DNA of 64,000 nucleotides from an uncultured Hyphomicrobiales bacterium (GCA_905181735.1 CAJIYR010000008.1:81876-145875), one strand, 5' to 3'; numbered from the stretch's first letter, positions 10,110-19,349 are shown. The notes: generated by a model from the letters alone, not told the origin. Made by a program: numbers and translations.

Positions 10110-11366
10110 TTATTTATCGCCCAATGCACCAGAAGATTGTATTAAATTTATTTCTTCCTCATTATAACCAAGAAGGTCTTGTAATATTTCAATATTGTGC
10201 TCACCAAGCAATGGAGATCTTTCAACCTCAACCGAGGATTCTGAGAGTTTAATAGGGCAACCAACTGATAAATACTTTCCTCTTTCCGGATGATCTATTT
10301 CAACAATAGTTCCTGTATCACGCAAAGATTGATCTTCAGAAATCTCTTTCATAGATAAAATTGGTCCACATGGAATGCCTTCTGGATCACACAACTCAAT
10401 AACTTCATACTTTGTCATTGTTTTTGTCCAATCTTCTATGGTTTTAAAAATTTCAGTCAATTTGTCCAATCTTGAAGCCGGCGTACTATAACCTTTATCA
10501 GTTATCCATTCTGGTTTATTGATTAATTTACATATCTTTTCCCAAACTGGCGCTTGGGTTATAAAATAAACGTATGAATCAGGATCGCTTTCCCAACCTT
10601 TACATTTTAAAATCCACCCAGGTTGACCTCCCCCAGAATCGTTCCCAGCACGGGGAACCGAGCTACCAAATGGTATATCTTTCCCATATTGGCTATATTC
10701 AGTTAAAGGACCTTTTTCAAGGCGTTGTTGATCCCTTAATTTAACACGACAAAGATTGATTACACCATCCTGCATTGAGGCTGTAACTTTCTGTCCTTTT
10801 TTAGTCTTCTCCCGCTGAAACAATGCAGTAACAATCCCTAACGCAAGATGCAAACCTGTTCCAGAATCACCAATTTGTGCGCCAGTAACTAAAGGAGGTC
10901 CATCTAAAAATCCAGTAGTCGATGCTGCTCCACCTGCGCATTGAGCTATATTTTCATAGACCTTGCAATCCTGATAAGGTCCGGGTCCAAAGCCTTTTAT
11001 GGATGCAACAATAATCTTATCATTAAGTTTTTGTATATATTCCCAAGGAAAGCCCATTCTATCAAGAGCCCCTGGTGCAAAATTTTCAACCATTACATCG
11101 GATTTTGCAATAAGATCCTCCAAGACCTTCTTACCCTGAGCTGTTTTTGTGTTGAGAGTTATAGATTTTTTGTTATGGTTTAGCATGGTAAAATATAAGG
11201 AATCAACATTATCAATATCCCTTAACTGACTTCGTGTCGCATCTCCAGTTCCTGGGCGCTCTAATTTTATAACATCAGCACCAAACCATGCTAGCAATTG
11301 AGTGCAAGTAGGTCCTGACTGTACGTGAGTAAAGTCCAAAATTTTTATACCCTGCAGAGCTTTCAT
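10110..11366 (-). CDS. frc: Formyl-CoA:oxalate CoA-transferase (class III)
   Basis: '[22 protein letters not shown]', 'DSLYFTMLN', catalytic Asp in '[10 protein letters not shown]', glycine loop '[11 protein letters not shown]'. Confidence 0.95.
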   Translation of the reverse strand: MKALQGIKILDFTHVQSGPTCTQLLAWFGADVIKLERPGTGDATRSQLRDIDNVDSLYFTMLNHNKKSITLNTKTAQGKKVLEDLIAKSDVMVENFAPGALDRMGFPWEYIQKLNDKIIVASIKGFGPGPYQDCKVYENIAQCAGGAASTTGFLDGPPLVTGAQIGDSGTGLHLALGIVTALFQREKTKKGQKVTASMQDGVINLCRVKLRDQQRLEKGPLTEYSQYGKDIPFGSSVPRAGNDSGGGQPGWILKCKGWESDPDSYVYFITQAPVWEKICKLINKPEWITDKGYSTPASRLDKLTEIFKTIEDWTKTMTKYEVIELCDPEGIPCGPILSMKEISEDQSLRDTGTIVEIDHPERGKYLSVGCPIKLSESSVEVERSPLLGEHNIEILQDLLGYNEEEINLIQSSGALGDK

Positions 11367-11387
11367 TCTAAATTACTTTCGTTAACT

Positions 11388-13115
11388 TTATTTATACATT
11401 GTTTGTGATTTTGTTCCAGGTGCGTATTCGTTGGGATCAACCCATATGTTTACAACAACAGATTTATTCTCTTTTTTTACGAAATTTCTTGCCAATATTA
11501 ATGATTCTGCAATTTTGTCAGATTCCGTAACATCTATTCCAAAGCCACCCCAAATATTCGGGAATACAGCAAAATTCATATCACCTAATTTATTAGCAAT
11601 ATTTCCTCTTTGAGGCCCATATTTTGATAACTGCCCATATCTAATTTGATTCATGGATGAATTGTTTCCTATTACAGCGATATAAGGAGCACCAAATCTA
11701 TCTGCAGTTTCCATATCAAAAGCTGTCATACCAAAGGATCCGTCTCCATAATAACAAAGAACTTCTTTATGAGGATCTGCTAATTTTGCAGCGATAGCGA
11801 ATCCAGTGCCAACACCCAAGCTTCCCAACGCGCCAGGATCCATCCATTGACCCGGAGATTTTGGCCTAACTGCTTGAGCGGAGATAGTAACAACATCTCC
11901 CCCATCACCAATAAATATTGTATCCTCATTCAAGAAATTATTAATCTCATAAGCTACTCGATAAGGATGGATAGGGCTATTGCTTGATGTGAATAATGGC
12001 AATAGTTTTTCATACTTAACTTTTTCAATATCTCTAAGCTTACTTATCCATGAAGTTCGTTTATTTTTAATCTCAGAACCAATGCTATCTGGCAATAGGC
12101 CACTAATTTGCTTTAAAATAGTTCCCGGATGACCAACAAGACCAATATCAATATCTCTATTTTTTCCTAAAGTTCCATAATTTTGATCAATTTGAATTAG
12201 CTTAACATTCTCCGATATTCTCTTGCCGTACCCCATTCTAAAATCAAAAGGTGTACCAACTATAATTATTACGTCAGCTTCCTTGAATGCATCTGATCTC
12301 GTTCTGTCAAAACAATATGGGTCATTATTATTAATCATCCCCCTACTGGCACCATTAGCATAGGATGGTATCATCGCTTTTTTTATAAATTCAATAGCTT
12401 CATTATGACTTCTTGAACTCCACACTTGTTGTCCAAACAAGATTGCAGGCCTTTCGGCTGCAGATAATATCTCAGCAACTTTTATAATATCCTGAGGGTC
12501 ACCAGAACTTTTAATTGAAGCTCTGTATGAACCAGGCTTAGGAATAACAACAGATTCCAAAGGTATCTCTTTATCCAAAATATCACGCGGAATTTCTAAG
12601 TAAGACGGACCATAAGAACCGTTAAAACATTCTCTTGCTGCCATAGTAACCATATCAGCAATTCTTTCCGTCGACATAACAGTGGATGCAAATTTTGTTA
12701 TCGGCTTTACAATATCAACGTGAGGCAAATCTTGCAAACCACCCATCTTCCATTGACTGAGAGAACTCTGACCTCCAATATGCAAAACAGGACTTTCGGA
12801 TCTATAGGCTGTCGCGATACCAGTTATTGCATTTGTAAACCCTGGACCTGCAGTTGTGACGACACATCCAAGTTTTCCAGTCTGTCTCGCATAGCCATCT
12901 GCAGCATGCGCCGCAGTTTGCTCATGCCTTACATCAATTATTCTTATCCCCTCATCAATACATCCATCGTATATATCTATAATGTGCCCGCCACATAGGG
13001 TAAAAATAGTATCAACACCCTCGTTTTTTAATGCTTTAGCAACTAAATGTCCTCCAGAGATCATAGAACCGTCAGTTGTTTTTTTCTTTAATATATCTTT
13101 TGTGCTTATGCTCAT
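11388..13115 (-). CDS. TPP-dependent enzyme, oxalyl-CoA decarboxylase / 2-hydroxyacyl-CoA lyase-like (non-canonical Oxc)
   Basis: 'TLCGGHI', 'DVRHEQTAAHAADG', 'QDLPH', 'YLEIP', TPP motif 'GDGSFG...GNN'; directly upstream of frc. Confidence 0.8.
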   Translation of the reverse strand: MSISTKDILKKKTTDGSMISGGHLVAKALKNEGVDTIFTLCGGHIIDIYDGCIDEGIRIIDVRHEQTAAHAADGYARQTGKLGCVVTTAGPGFTNAITGIATAYRSESPVLHIGGQSSLSQWKMGGLQDLPHVDIVKPITKFASTVMSTERIADMVTMAARECFNGSYGPSYLEIPRDILDKEIPLESVVIPKPGSYRASIKSSGDPQDIIKVAEILSAAERPAILFGQQVWSSRSHNEAIEFIKKAMIPSYANGASRGMINNNDPYCFDRTRSDAFKEADVIIIVGTPFDFRMGYGKRISENVKLIQIDQNYGTLGKNRDIDIGLVGHPGTILKQISGLLPDSIGSEIKNKRTSWISKLRDIEKVKYEKLLPLFTSSNSPIHPYRVAYEINNFLNEDTIFIGDGGDVVTISAQAVRPKSPGQWMDPGALGSLGVGTGFAIAAKLADPHKEVLCYYGDGSFGMTAFDMETADRFGAPYIAVIGNNSSMNQIRYGQLSKYGPQRGNIANKLGDMNFAVFPNIWGGFGIDVTESDKIAESLILARNFVKKENKSVVVNIWVDPNEYAPGTKSQTMYK

Positions 13116-13161
13116 TGTAAAAACCCAATACTATTAAATATTTTGATACAGATATGATGAA

Positions 13162-13476
13162 TTATTTTACAGGAGAGAAATTAGCTCCAACCATTATCTT
13201 GTCTTCTTGTGCGGTAATCATACCAGCAATCTTTTGTCTATAAACAGCCCATTCTGGATCTGCATCTCTTTTTTCTCTAAGGACTTCAAACTCTTCCATG
13301 TTTTTATATTGCCATATATGCACAACCTGATTCAACTGCCCTACTTTACTGATAAAGTATGCAACCAATTGTAGTCCGTGTTTTTGCGCAACCGGGTTAG
13401 CAACAGTCTCAAATATATCAACATATGCATTCATTTTACCTGGTTGTATTGTATACGTTCTGTGGTCAAATATCAT
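13162..13476 (-). CDS. NIPSNAP family protein
   Basis: 'DHRTYTIQPG', 'GQLNQVVHIWQY', 'DPEW'; SD AAGGAG upstream. Confidence 0.85.
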   Translation of the reverse strand: MIFDHRTYTIQPGKMNAYVDIFETVANPVAQKHGLQLVAYFISKVGQLNQVVHIWQYKNMEEFEVLREKRDADPEWAVYRQKIAGMITAQEDKIMVGANFSPVK

Positions 13477-13595
13477 TTATCTTCTCCTTGTTTAAGAATC
13501 TAGTATAATAGTATTAAAATCAATATAAAAGTTTTTTATATAAGTAAATTTTATTATAGGATATTCTATCATTATTTGGGGAGATATCTATAGCA

Positions 13596-14798
13596 ATGGA
13601 TTTTAATCTAAGTGCAAAACAAATTAATTTACAATCGCTTGCAAGGGTATTTGCAAGGGAAAATATAAGACCACGAGCTAAAGATCTTGATAAAAATCCT
13701 GATCCTAGCCAATCGTGGCCTTATGATCTATTTGAAAAAGCATCAAAATTAGGTCTGCGTACCTTAAAGATCCCAAAAGAATTTGGTGGCCAAGGAATTG
13801 ATACACTAACCGAGTTAATTGTTTTAGAAGAATTATGTGTTGGTGATATATCCTTTGGATCAAGTCTTGCTCATCCTTGGAGAGAAGGATTAATTTTAGC
13901 TTCTGCAACAACCAACGAACAAAGAGAGCTATTTCTAAAACCTTTCTTAGAAGACCATAATGCAATGACCTCTATTGGTATAACGGAATTACATTCTGGA
14001 AGTGATAATGCCACCGGTTATGATAAAGAATTAAAAGCAGGGTCTATGACCGAAGCTATTTATGATGGTTCGGAATGGGTACTAAATGGTCGAAAAATAT
14101 TTATAACAGCAGGGAATGTTGCTCAATTTATGCTTGTGGTAGCACGAACAAATAAAAAAGTTTCCTGGAAAGAAGGAATTTCAATTTTTATAGTACCAAC
14201 AAATACAAAAGGCTATCAGTGCATTAGGGTTATGGATAAATTAGGAATGAGAGTAAATCCAAACACGGAGGTTGTGTTTACCAATTGCAGGGTTCCTAAA
14301 ATTAATCTTATTGGCGAATTAAATAATGGTTATAGTATTTTATCAAAATACGGCGCATCTTCAAAAGTAAAAGAAGGGGTAAAATCATTGGGAGCAGCTA
14401 GAGCTGCCTACGAAGAAGCTCTGAACTGGTGTCAAAATCGTCATCAAGGTGGCAAGAAACTAATAGAGCATCAATCAATTGCTCATTGTCTTGCAAGAAT
14501 GGCTGGTAAGATAGAAGCTTGCAGATCTTTGTGCTGGAGAGCTGGATGGTCAATTGATCACGACCCTATTAACGCAATTCCATTACAAACTATTGCGAAA
14601 ATAGAAACATGTGAAATGGCGGCGAAAGTTGCCGTAGAAGCTTTGGAGCTATTTGGTGGATATGGAGTTTTGAAAGAATATCCAATCGAAAAGATTGCGA
14701 GAGATGCTATTACAATGCTGCATACTACTGGAGGCCAATTGGCACTCACTTCGAGTTTAGCTGAACAACTAAATTTTATAACTAAAAAAAATGAATAA
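13596..14798 (+). CDS. Acyl-CoA dehydrogenase family flavoprotein (atypical)
   Basis: 'MDFNLS', 'ITELHSGSD', 'WVLNGRKIFIT', 'DKLGMR', 'RHQGGK', 'FGGYG..EYPIEKIARDA'. Confidence 0.88.
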   Translation: MDFNLSAKQINLQSLARVFARENIRPRAKDLDKNPDPSQSWPYDLFEKASKLGLRTLKIPKEFGGQGIDTLTELIVLEELCVGDISFGSSLAHPWREGLILASATTNEQRELFLKPFLEDHNAMTSIGITELHSGSDNATGYDKELKAGSMTEAIYDGSEWVLNGRKIFITAGNVAQFMLVVARTNKKVSWKEGISIFIVPTNTKGYQCIRVMDKLGMRVNPNTEVVFTNCRVPKINLIGELNNGYSILSKYGASSKVKEGVKSLGAARAAYEEALNWCQNRHQGGKKLIEHQSIAHCLARMAGKIEACRSLCWRAGWSIDHDPINAIPLQTIAKIETCEMAAKVAVEALELFGGYGVLKEYPIEKIARDAITMLHTTGGQLALTSSLAEQLNFITKKNE

Positions 14799-15837
14799 AA
14801 ACATAATCAAACTAGCTTTTGGTGGAGATATAGCACCAATTAGAAATGCAGAAGATAATGTTTATGGTGATCTAGTTAAATATCTAGAAGTATCTGATTT
14901 AAAAATTGCAAATTTAGAAATTGCACTCACCAATGAAATTACATCCACACCAGGTAAAATATACCCACATAAAGGTCCCCCTTCTTCAATAAAAGCTATA
15001 ACAAATCATGGTTTTACAACGTATAATTTAGCAAATAACCATATGCTTGATTATGGAAAAAATGCATTGCTTGAAACGATAGAATTACTAAATAAGAATA
15101 AAATAAAATATTTTGGAGCTGGTAAAAATTTAGCAGAGGCATCAAGTCCCCTTATAATTAATAAAAATAATATCAATATTGGTATTCTTGGATTTTCAAC
15201 CACCTTACCAACAGGTTTTGCTGCAGAAACTGAAAAGCCTGGGGTTAACCCTATCAAAATCATAACAACCTACAGACAATTTAGAAATCCTGAAGAGTAC
15301 CCCGGTACTCCGCAAATTATTGACACTTATCCTGTTGAAGATGATTTGAATAAACTTTTAAATACTATATCTGAGTTAAAGAAAAAAACAGATATCATAT
15401 TAATTTATGCTCATTGGGGAACCTCAATGACAAGCGAAGTGCAAAATTATCAAAAGATTATCGCTCATCGTGCCATAGACGCTGGTGCAAATGCTATTTT
15501 TGGTGGCCACCAACATGTTATATCAGGAATTGAGTTATATAAAAGTAACCCAATTATTTACGGAATGGGTAATTTAGTTTTTGATTTTGTACCACCTTTT
15601 TTTAATTCATCCAATACAAAATCAATAGTATATTTTGCTGATATAACAAAAAAAGGAATCATAAATTCAAAATTTTTATTATGCAATACAGGCGTTAACA
15701 ATTCTGTTTCTATAATAAAAAACAACGACAGTGAGTATGATTGTTTGTATAAACATATGACATCATTATGCAAATCCTTAGGCACTAGAATAAAGAGCAG
15801 TGAGGACAATTTTATAACAATAAATGCAAAAGAGTAA
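14791..15837 (+). CDS. CapA/PgsA-family metallophosphoesterase-fold protein, no signal peptide
   Basis: 'GGD', 'NLE', 'LANNHMLDYG', 'HWG', 'GHQHV', 'YGMGNLVF'. Confidence 0.85.
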   Translation: MNKNIIKLAFGGDIAPIRNAEDNVYGDLVKYLEVSDLKIANLEIALTNEITSTPGKIYPHKGPPSSIKAITNHGFTTYNLANNHMLDYGKNALLETIELLNKNKIKYFGAGKNLAEASSPLIINKNNINIGILGFSTTLPTGFAAETEKPGVNPIKIITTYRQFRNPEEYPGTPQIIDTYPVEDDLNKLLNTISELKKKTDIILIYAHWGTSMTSEVQNYQKIIAHRAIDAGANAIFGGHQHVISGIELYKSNPIIYGMGNLVFDFVPPFFNSSNTKSIVYFADITKKGIINSKFLLCNTGVNNSVSIIKNNDSEYDCLYKHMTSLCKSLGTRIKSSEDNFITINAKE

Positions 15838-15856
15838 GCATGTAGAGTAAGCATAT

Positions 15857-17464
15857 ATGTCAAAAAAAGAAATCAAAAGAACCCTGGCTTATGATGCAAT
15901 AGTAATTGGGTCAGGTTTTGCAGGAATTTATATGTTATATCAACTTAGAAAAATAGGTTTATCAGCTATTGTTCTAGAGAAAGGTTTCGGGATTGGGGGA
16001 ACTTGGTTTTGGAACAAATACCCTGGGGCGAGATGTGATACAGAAAGCCTACAATATTCATACCAATTCTCAGAAGAACTTCAACAAGAATGGGAATGGA
16101 CTGAAAAATACGCAACTCAACCAGAAATATTAAAATATATTAATCATGTGGTTGACAGGTTTAATTTACGAAAAGATATTAAATTAAAAACAGAAATAAA
16201 AGAAATAATCTATAATGATGAAAAAAAAATATGGTTAGTATCTTCTTCAGACGAACAATATAAATCTAAATTTTGTATAATGGCAACTGGCTGTTTATCT
16301 ACACCCAACAAACCTAATATACCTGGATTGAATGAGTTCAAGGGAGAAGTCTATCAGACCTCTTTATGGCCAAATAAAAAAATTTCATTTACAAATAAAA
16401 ATATTGCTGTAATTGGAACAGGATCATCTGCGATGCAAGCCATTCCAATAATATCAAAAAAAGCAAAAAATCTTTATGTCTTTCAAAGAACTTCAAATTA
16501 TGCGGTACCAGCTCATAACAGGGAATTAGATCCAAAAGAAGTAATGAATTTTAAAAAAAATTATAAAGAAAATAGAGAAAAAGCAAAAACACTAGTTAGT
16601 GGATTTTTAACAGATTATAATCATAAATCTGCTCTACAGGTTTCTCAAGATGAACTAAAAAAAGAGTATGATAAAAGATGGAAGAAAGGAGGTCTTGCTT
16701 TTCTTGCGGCATTTACTGACATTGCAAACAATAAGAAAGCCAACAAAACAACCTCCGACTACATTGAGAAAAAGATTCAAGAAATCGTATATGACAAGAA
16801 AATTGCAAAATTATTAACACCAAATTCTATAGTTGGTTGCAAAAGATTAGTAATAGATACAGATTATTATAAAACTTTTAATAACAAAAATGTTTATCTA
16901 TTTAATGCAAAAAAATATCCAATATCAAAAGTTGATGAAACTCAAATTTATACCGAAGAAGCAATTAAAAATATCGATATGATTATTTTAGCTACAGGCT
17001 TCGATGCAATGACGGGGGCGATGAAACAAATCAATATAGTTGGAAAAAATGGTATAAAATTGGAAACTAAATGGAAAAACGGCCCAAAACTCTACCTCGG
17101 ATTAGCAACAAATGGATTCCCTAATTTTTTTATAATAACCGGACCAGGAAGCCCTTCTGTACTAACTAATATGATACCTACAATTGAACAGCATGTAGAC
17201 TGGATAGCCGAATGCCTTACCTACATGAAAAAAAAATCAGTATCTACAATTGAAGCTAAAGTTGATGCTGAAAATGATTGGGTAGATTACAACGAAAAAA
17301 TCGCTAGGAATACACTAAGATATAATTGTAAGTCATGGTATTTAGGATCAAATATAAAAGGTAAAAAAAGAATTTTTATGCCTTTTGTTGGAGGATTACC
17401 AGTGTATATAAAAAAATGCGAAGAAATAGTTGCTAATAACTACGCAGGATTTGAAATAAATTAA
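15857..17464 (+). CDS. Type I Baeyer-Villiger monooxygenase (cyclohexanone monooxygenase family)
   Basis: 'GSGFAG', 'GGTWFWNKYPGARCD', 'ATGCLS', 'FKGEVYQTSLWP', 'GTGSSA', 'GCKR', 'ATGFDA'. Confidence 0.92.
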   Translation: MSKKEIKRTLAYDAIVIGSGFAGIYMLYQLRKIGLSAIVLEKGFGIGGTWFWNKYPGARCDTESLQYSYQFSEELQQEWEWTEKYATQPEILKYINHVVDRFNLRKDIKLKTEIKEIIYNDEKKIWLVSSSDEQYKSKFCIMATGCLSTPNKPNIPGLNEFKGEVYQTSLWPNKKISFTNKNIAVIGTGSSAMQAIPIISKKAKNLYVFQRTSNYAVPAHNRELDPKEVMNFKKNYKENREKAKTLVSGFLTDYNHKSALQVSQDELKKEYDKRWKKGGLAFLAAFTDIANNKKANKTTSDYIEKKIQEIVYDKKIAKLLTPNSIVGCKRLVIDTDYYKTFNNKNVYLFNAKKYPISKVDETQIYTEEAIKNIDMIILATGFDAMTGAMKQINIVGKNGIKLETKWKNGPKLYLGLATNGFPNFFIITGPGSPSVLTNMIPTIEQHVDWIAECLTYMKKKSVSTIEAKVDAENDWVDYNEKIARNTLRYNCKSWYLGSNIKGKKRIFMPFVGGLPVYIKKCEEIVANNYAGFEIN

Positions 17465-17481
17465 TAATTAAGGTTAATAAC

Positions 17482-18897
17482 ATGCAATTAAATGAATACA
17501 AATCTTATGACGCAACTGATTTAGCTCTTATAGTCAAAAATAAAGATATCCAACCTAAAGAGTTACTTGATTTAGCAATAGGTTCGATAGAAAGCGAAGA
17601 TAAAACTATTTCTGCAGTTGTCACAAAAGCTTATGACAAGGCTAATAAAACTATCGAAAACGGAATCCCTAATGGACCATTTGCAGGGGTTCCTTTTTTA
17701 TTGAAAGATTTAAATGTATCCTATAAAGGATTGCCAACAACTTTATCCAGCAAGTTATTCAAGAGTAATATTGCAAAACATGACAGTGGTCTGGTCAAAC
17801 AATATAAAGATGCTGGATTAATAATATTAGGACTAACAAAAACTCCAGAACTAGCCTTGTCGTTAACAACCGAACCTGTATTAAATGGACCAACAAGAAA
17901 TCCTTTAAATATAGAATATTCACCAGGTGGTTCATCAGGCGGATCTGCAGCAGCAATTGTTGCTGGCTATGTTCCGATGGCACATGGAACAGACGGCGGT
18001 GGGAGCATTAGAGTGCCCGCTTCATTATGTGGACTCTTTGGATTAAAGCCATCACGTGGAAGAATTTCATATTACCCCGATCTTGGAGAAGGACTGGGTG
18101 GAATGGCCACAAGCCATTGTCTTTCAAAAAGTGTTCGAGATAGCGCAACATTACTTGACATTTCATCTAATATATTACCTGGCGACCCTTATGTTGCCCC
18201 TAAAAATATTAATAAATTTTCTAAAGCTGCAGAAACAGATCCTAAAAAATTAAAAATTGCAATTTGTACAACTGATTTTGAAGGAAATAAAATTAACGAT
18301 GAATCTGTTTTAAACACATTGAAAACCGGAAAGTTATGTGAAGATCTCGGTCATATCGTCGAGGAAGCGTACCCTGATTTAAGTGACCTGCCTATATTAA
18401 AAGCATGGAAAATTCTTCCTGGAATAAATCTGTTAAACAACCTAACAAAAAGATCTGAATTTCTTGGTGTTAAAATTAAAGACACAGATGTTGAACCACT
18501 TCATTGGGCTTGGATGGAAGAAGCAAAACAATATACTGCCATTGATTACTTAAATGCAATGAATACAATGCATTTAATAGGAAGGCGTATTGGAGATTTC
18601 CTTCAAGGGTACGATCTAATATTAACACCTACGTTAGCAAAACCAGATCTAAAACTTGGTAAAATAAAAACAGACCATACCGATGTTGACAAACAATTAA
18701 ATTATTTATTTAAAGAATTTTCTCCTTATACGGCAGTTTTTAATCAATCGGGTGGAGCTGCAATGTCATTACCTTTATGGACTTCAAGTAAGGGGCTACC
18801 GATAGGAATGCATTTTGGAGGAAAGCTTGGTGATGAAGAGAAACTCATTCAGCTGGCAGGGCAATTTGAAAGGTCCTATTCATGGAATATGACTTGA
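17482..18897 (+). CDS. Amidase signature family enzyme
   Basis: 'GVPFLLKDL', 'PGGSSGGSAAA', 'GTDGGGSIRVPAS', 'GLKPSRGR'. Confidence 0.92.
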   Translation: MQLNEYKSYDATDLALIVKNKDIQPKELLDLAIGSIESEDKTISAVVTKAYDKANKTIENGIPNGPFAGVPFLLKDLNVSYKGLPTTLSSKLFKSNIAKHDSGLVKQYKDAGLIILGLTKTPELALSLTTEPVLNGPTRNPLNIEYSPGGSSGGSAAAIVAGYVPMAHGTDGGGSIRVPASLCGLFGLKPSRGRISYYPDLGEGLGGMATSHCLSKSVRDSATLLDISSNILPGDPYVAPKNINKFSKAAETDPKKLKIAICTTDFEGNKINDESVLNTLKTGKLCEDLGHIVEEAYPDLSDLPILKAWKILPGINLLNNLTKRSEFLGVKIKDTDVEPLHWAWMEEAKQYTAIDYLNAMNTMHLIGRRIGDFLQGYDLILTPTLAKPDLKLGKIKTDHTDVDKQLNYLFKEFSPYTAVFNQSGGAAMSLPLWTSSKGLPIGMHFGGKLGDEEKLIQLAGQFERSYSWNMT

Positions 18898-18905
18898 TGA
18901 TAAAT

Positions 18906-19349
18906 CTATATTATAAAAAAATTATAAAAAACCAGATGCACAATAAGACAGCTAATTACTAAAAAGGTAACACTCACTCTAACACTCATATAGTAATACT
19001 CAAGGATACCTTTTCTATATAAATTATAATCTATACAAAGGAGGTACAGAAAAGAAAATATTAGTAAAAATATTCCAATAGAATGGTCTAGAAAAAAAGA
19101 GAACCAGGATAATATGGCTATTATATTACTGTGTATTAATAAATTATATGATGTGTATTTTAATAAAAAAATACCCCAATGAATTCCTGCCAAGAATGAA
19201 ACTATGATTGCTCCATAGATATGAATAAGTAAGTTGTTAGTTAAAAAGAATGGATCATAGTTTGAAAAACTAAAAATTATTGATATTATAAATGGCAATA
19301 AACCAGCGTAAGCTAATATCTTTATTAATCTTTTATTATTTTCATTCAT
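18906..19349 (-). CDS. DUF3429-like membrane protein
   Basis: 'LAYAGLLPF', 'YGAIIVSFLAGIHWG'; start moved to ATG 19349 because the longer ORF runs into the tRNA. Confidence 0.8.
   Translation of the reverse strand: MNENNKRLIKILAYAGLLPFIISIIFSFSNYDPFFLTNNLLIHIYGAIIVSFLAGIHWGIFLLKYTSYNLLIHSNIIAILSWFSFFLDHSIGIFLLIFSFLYLLCIDYNLYRKGILEYYYMSVRVSVTFLVISCLIVHLVFYNFFII

Noticed and set aside
11388-13115. Annotation as acetolactate synthase large subunit
   Set aside because: It lacks the YPGG and TGQV/FQE motifs typical of AHAS, has no small subunit or ilvC nearby, and sits next to frc
13523-13541. Inverted repeat ATATAAAA-GTT-TTTTATAT in the divergent promoter
   Set aside because: AT-only arms in very AT-rich DNA with no cognate regulator; cannot be distinguished from chance
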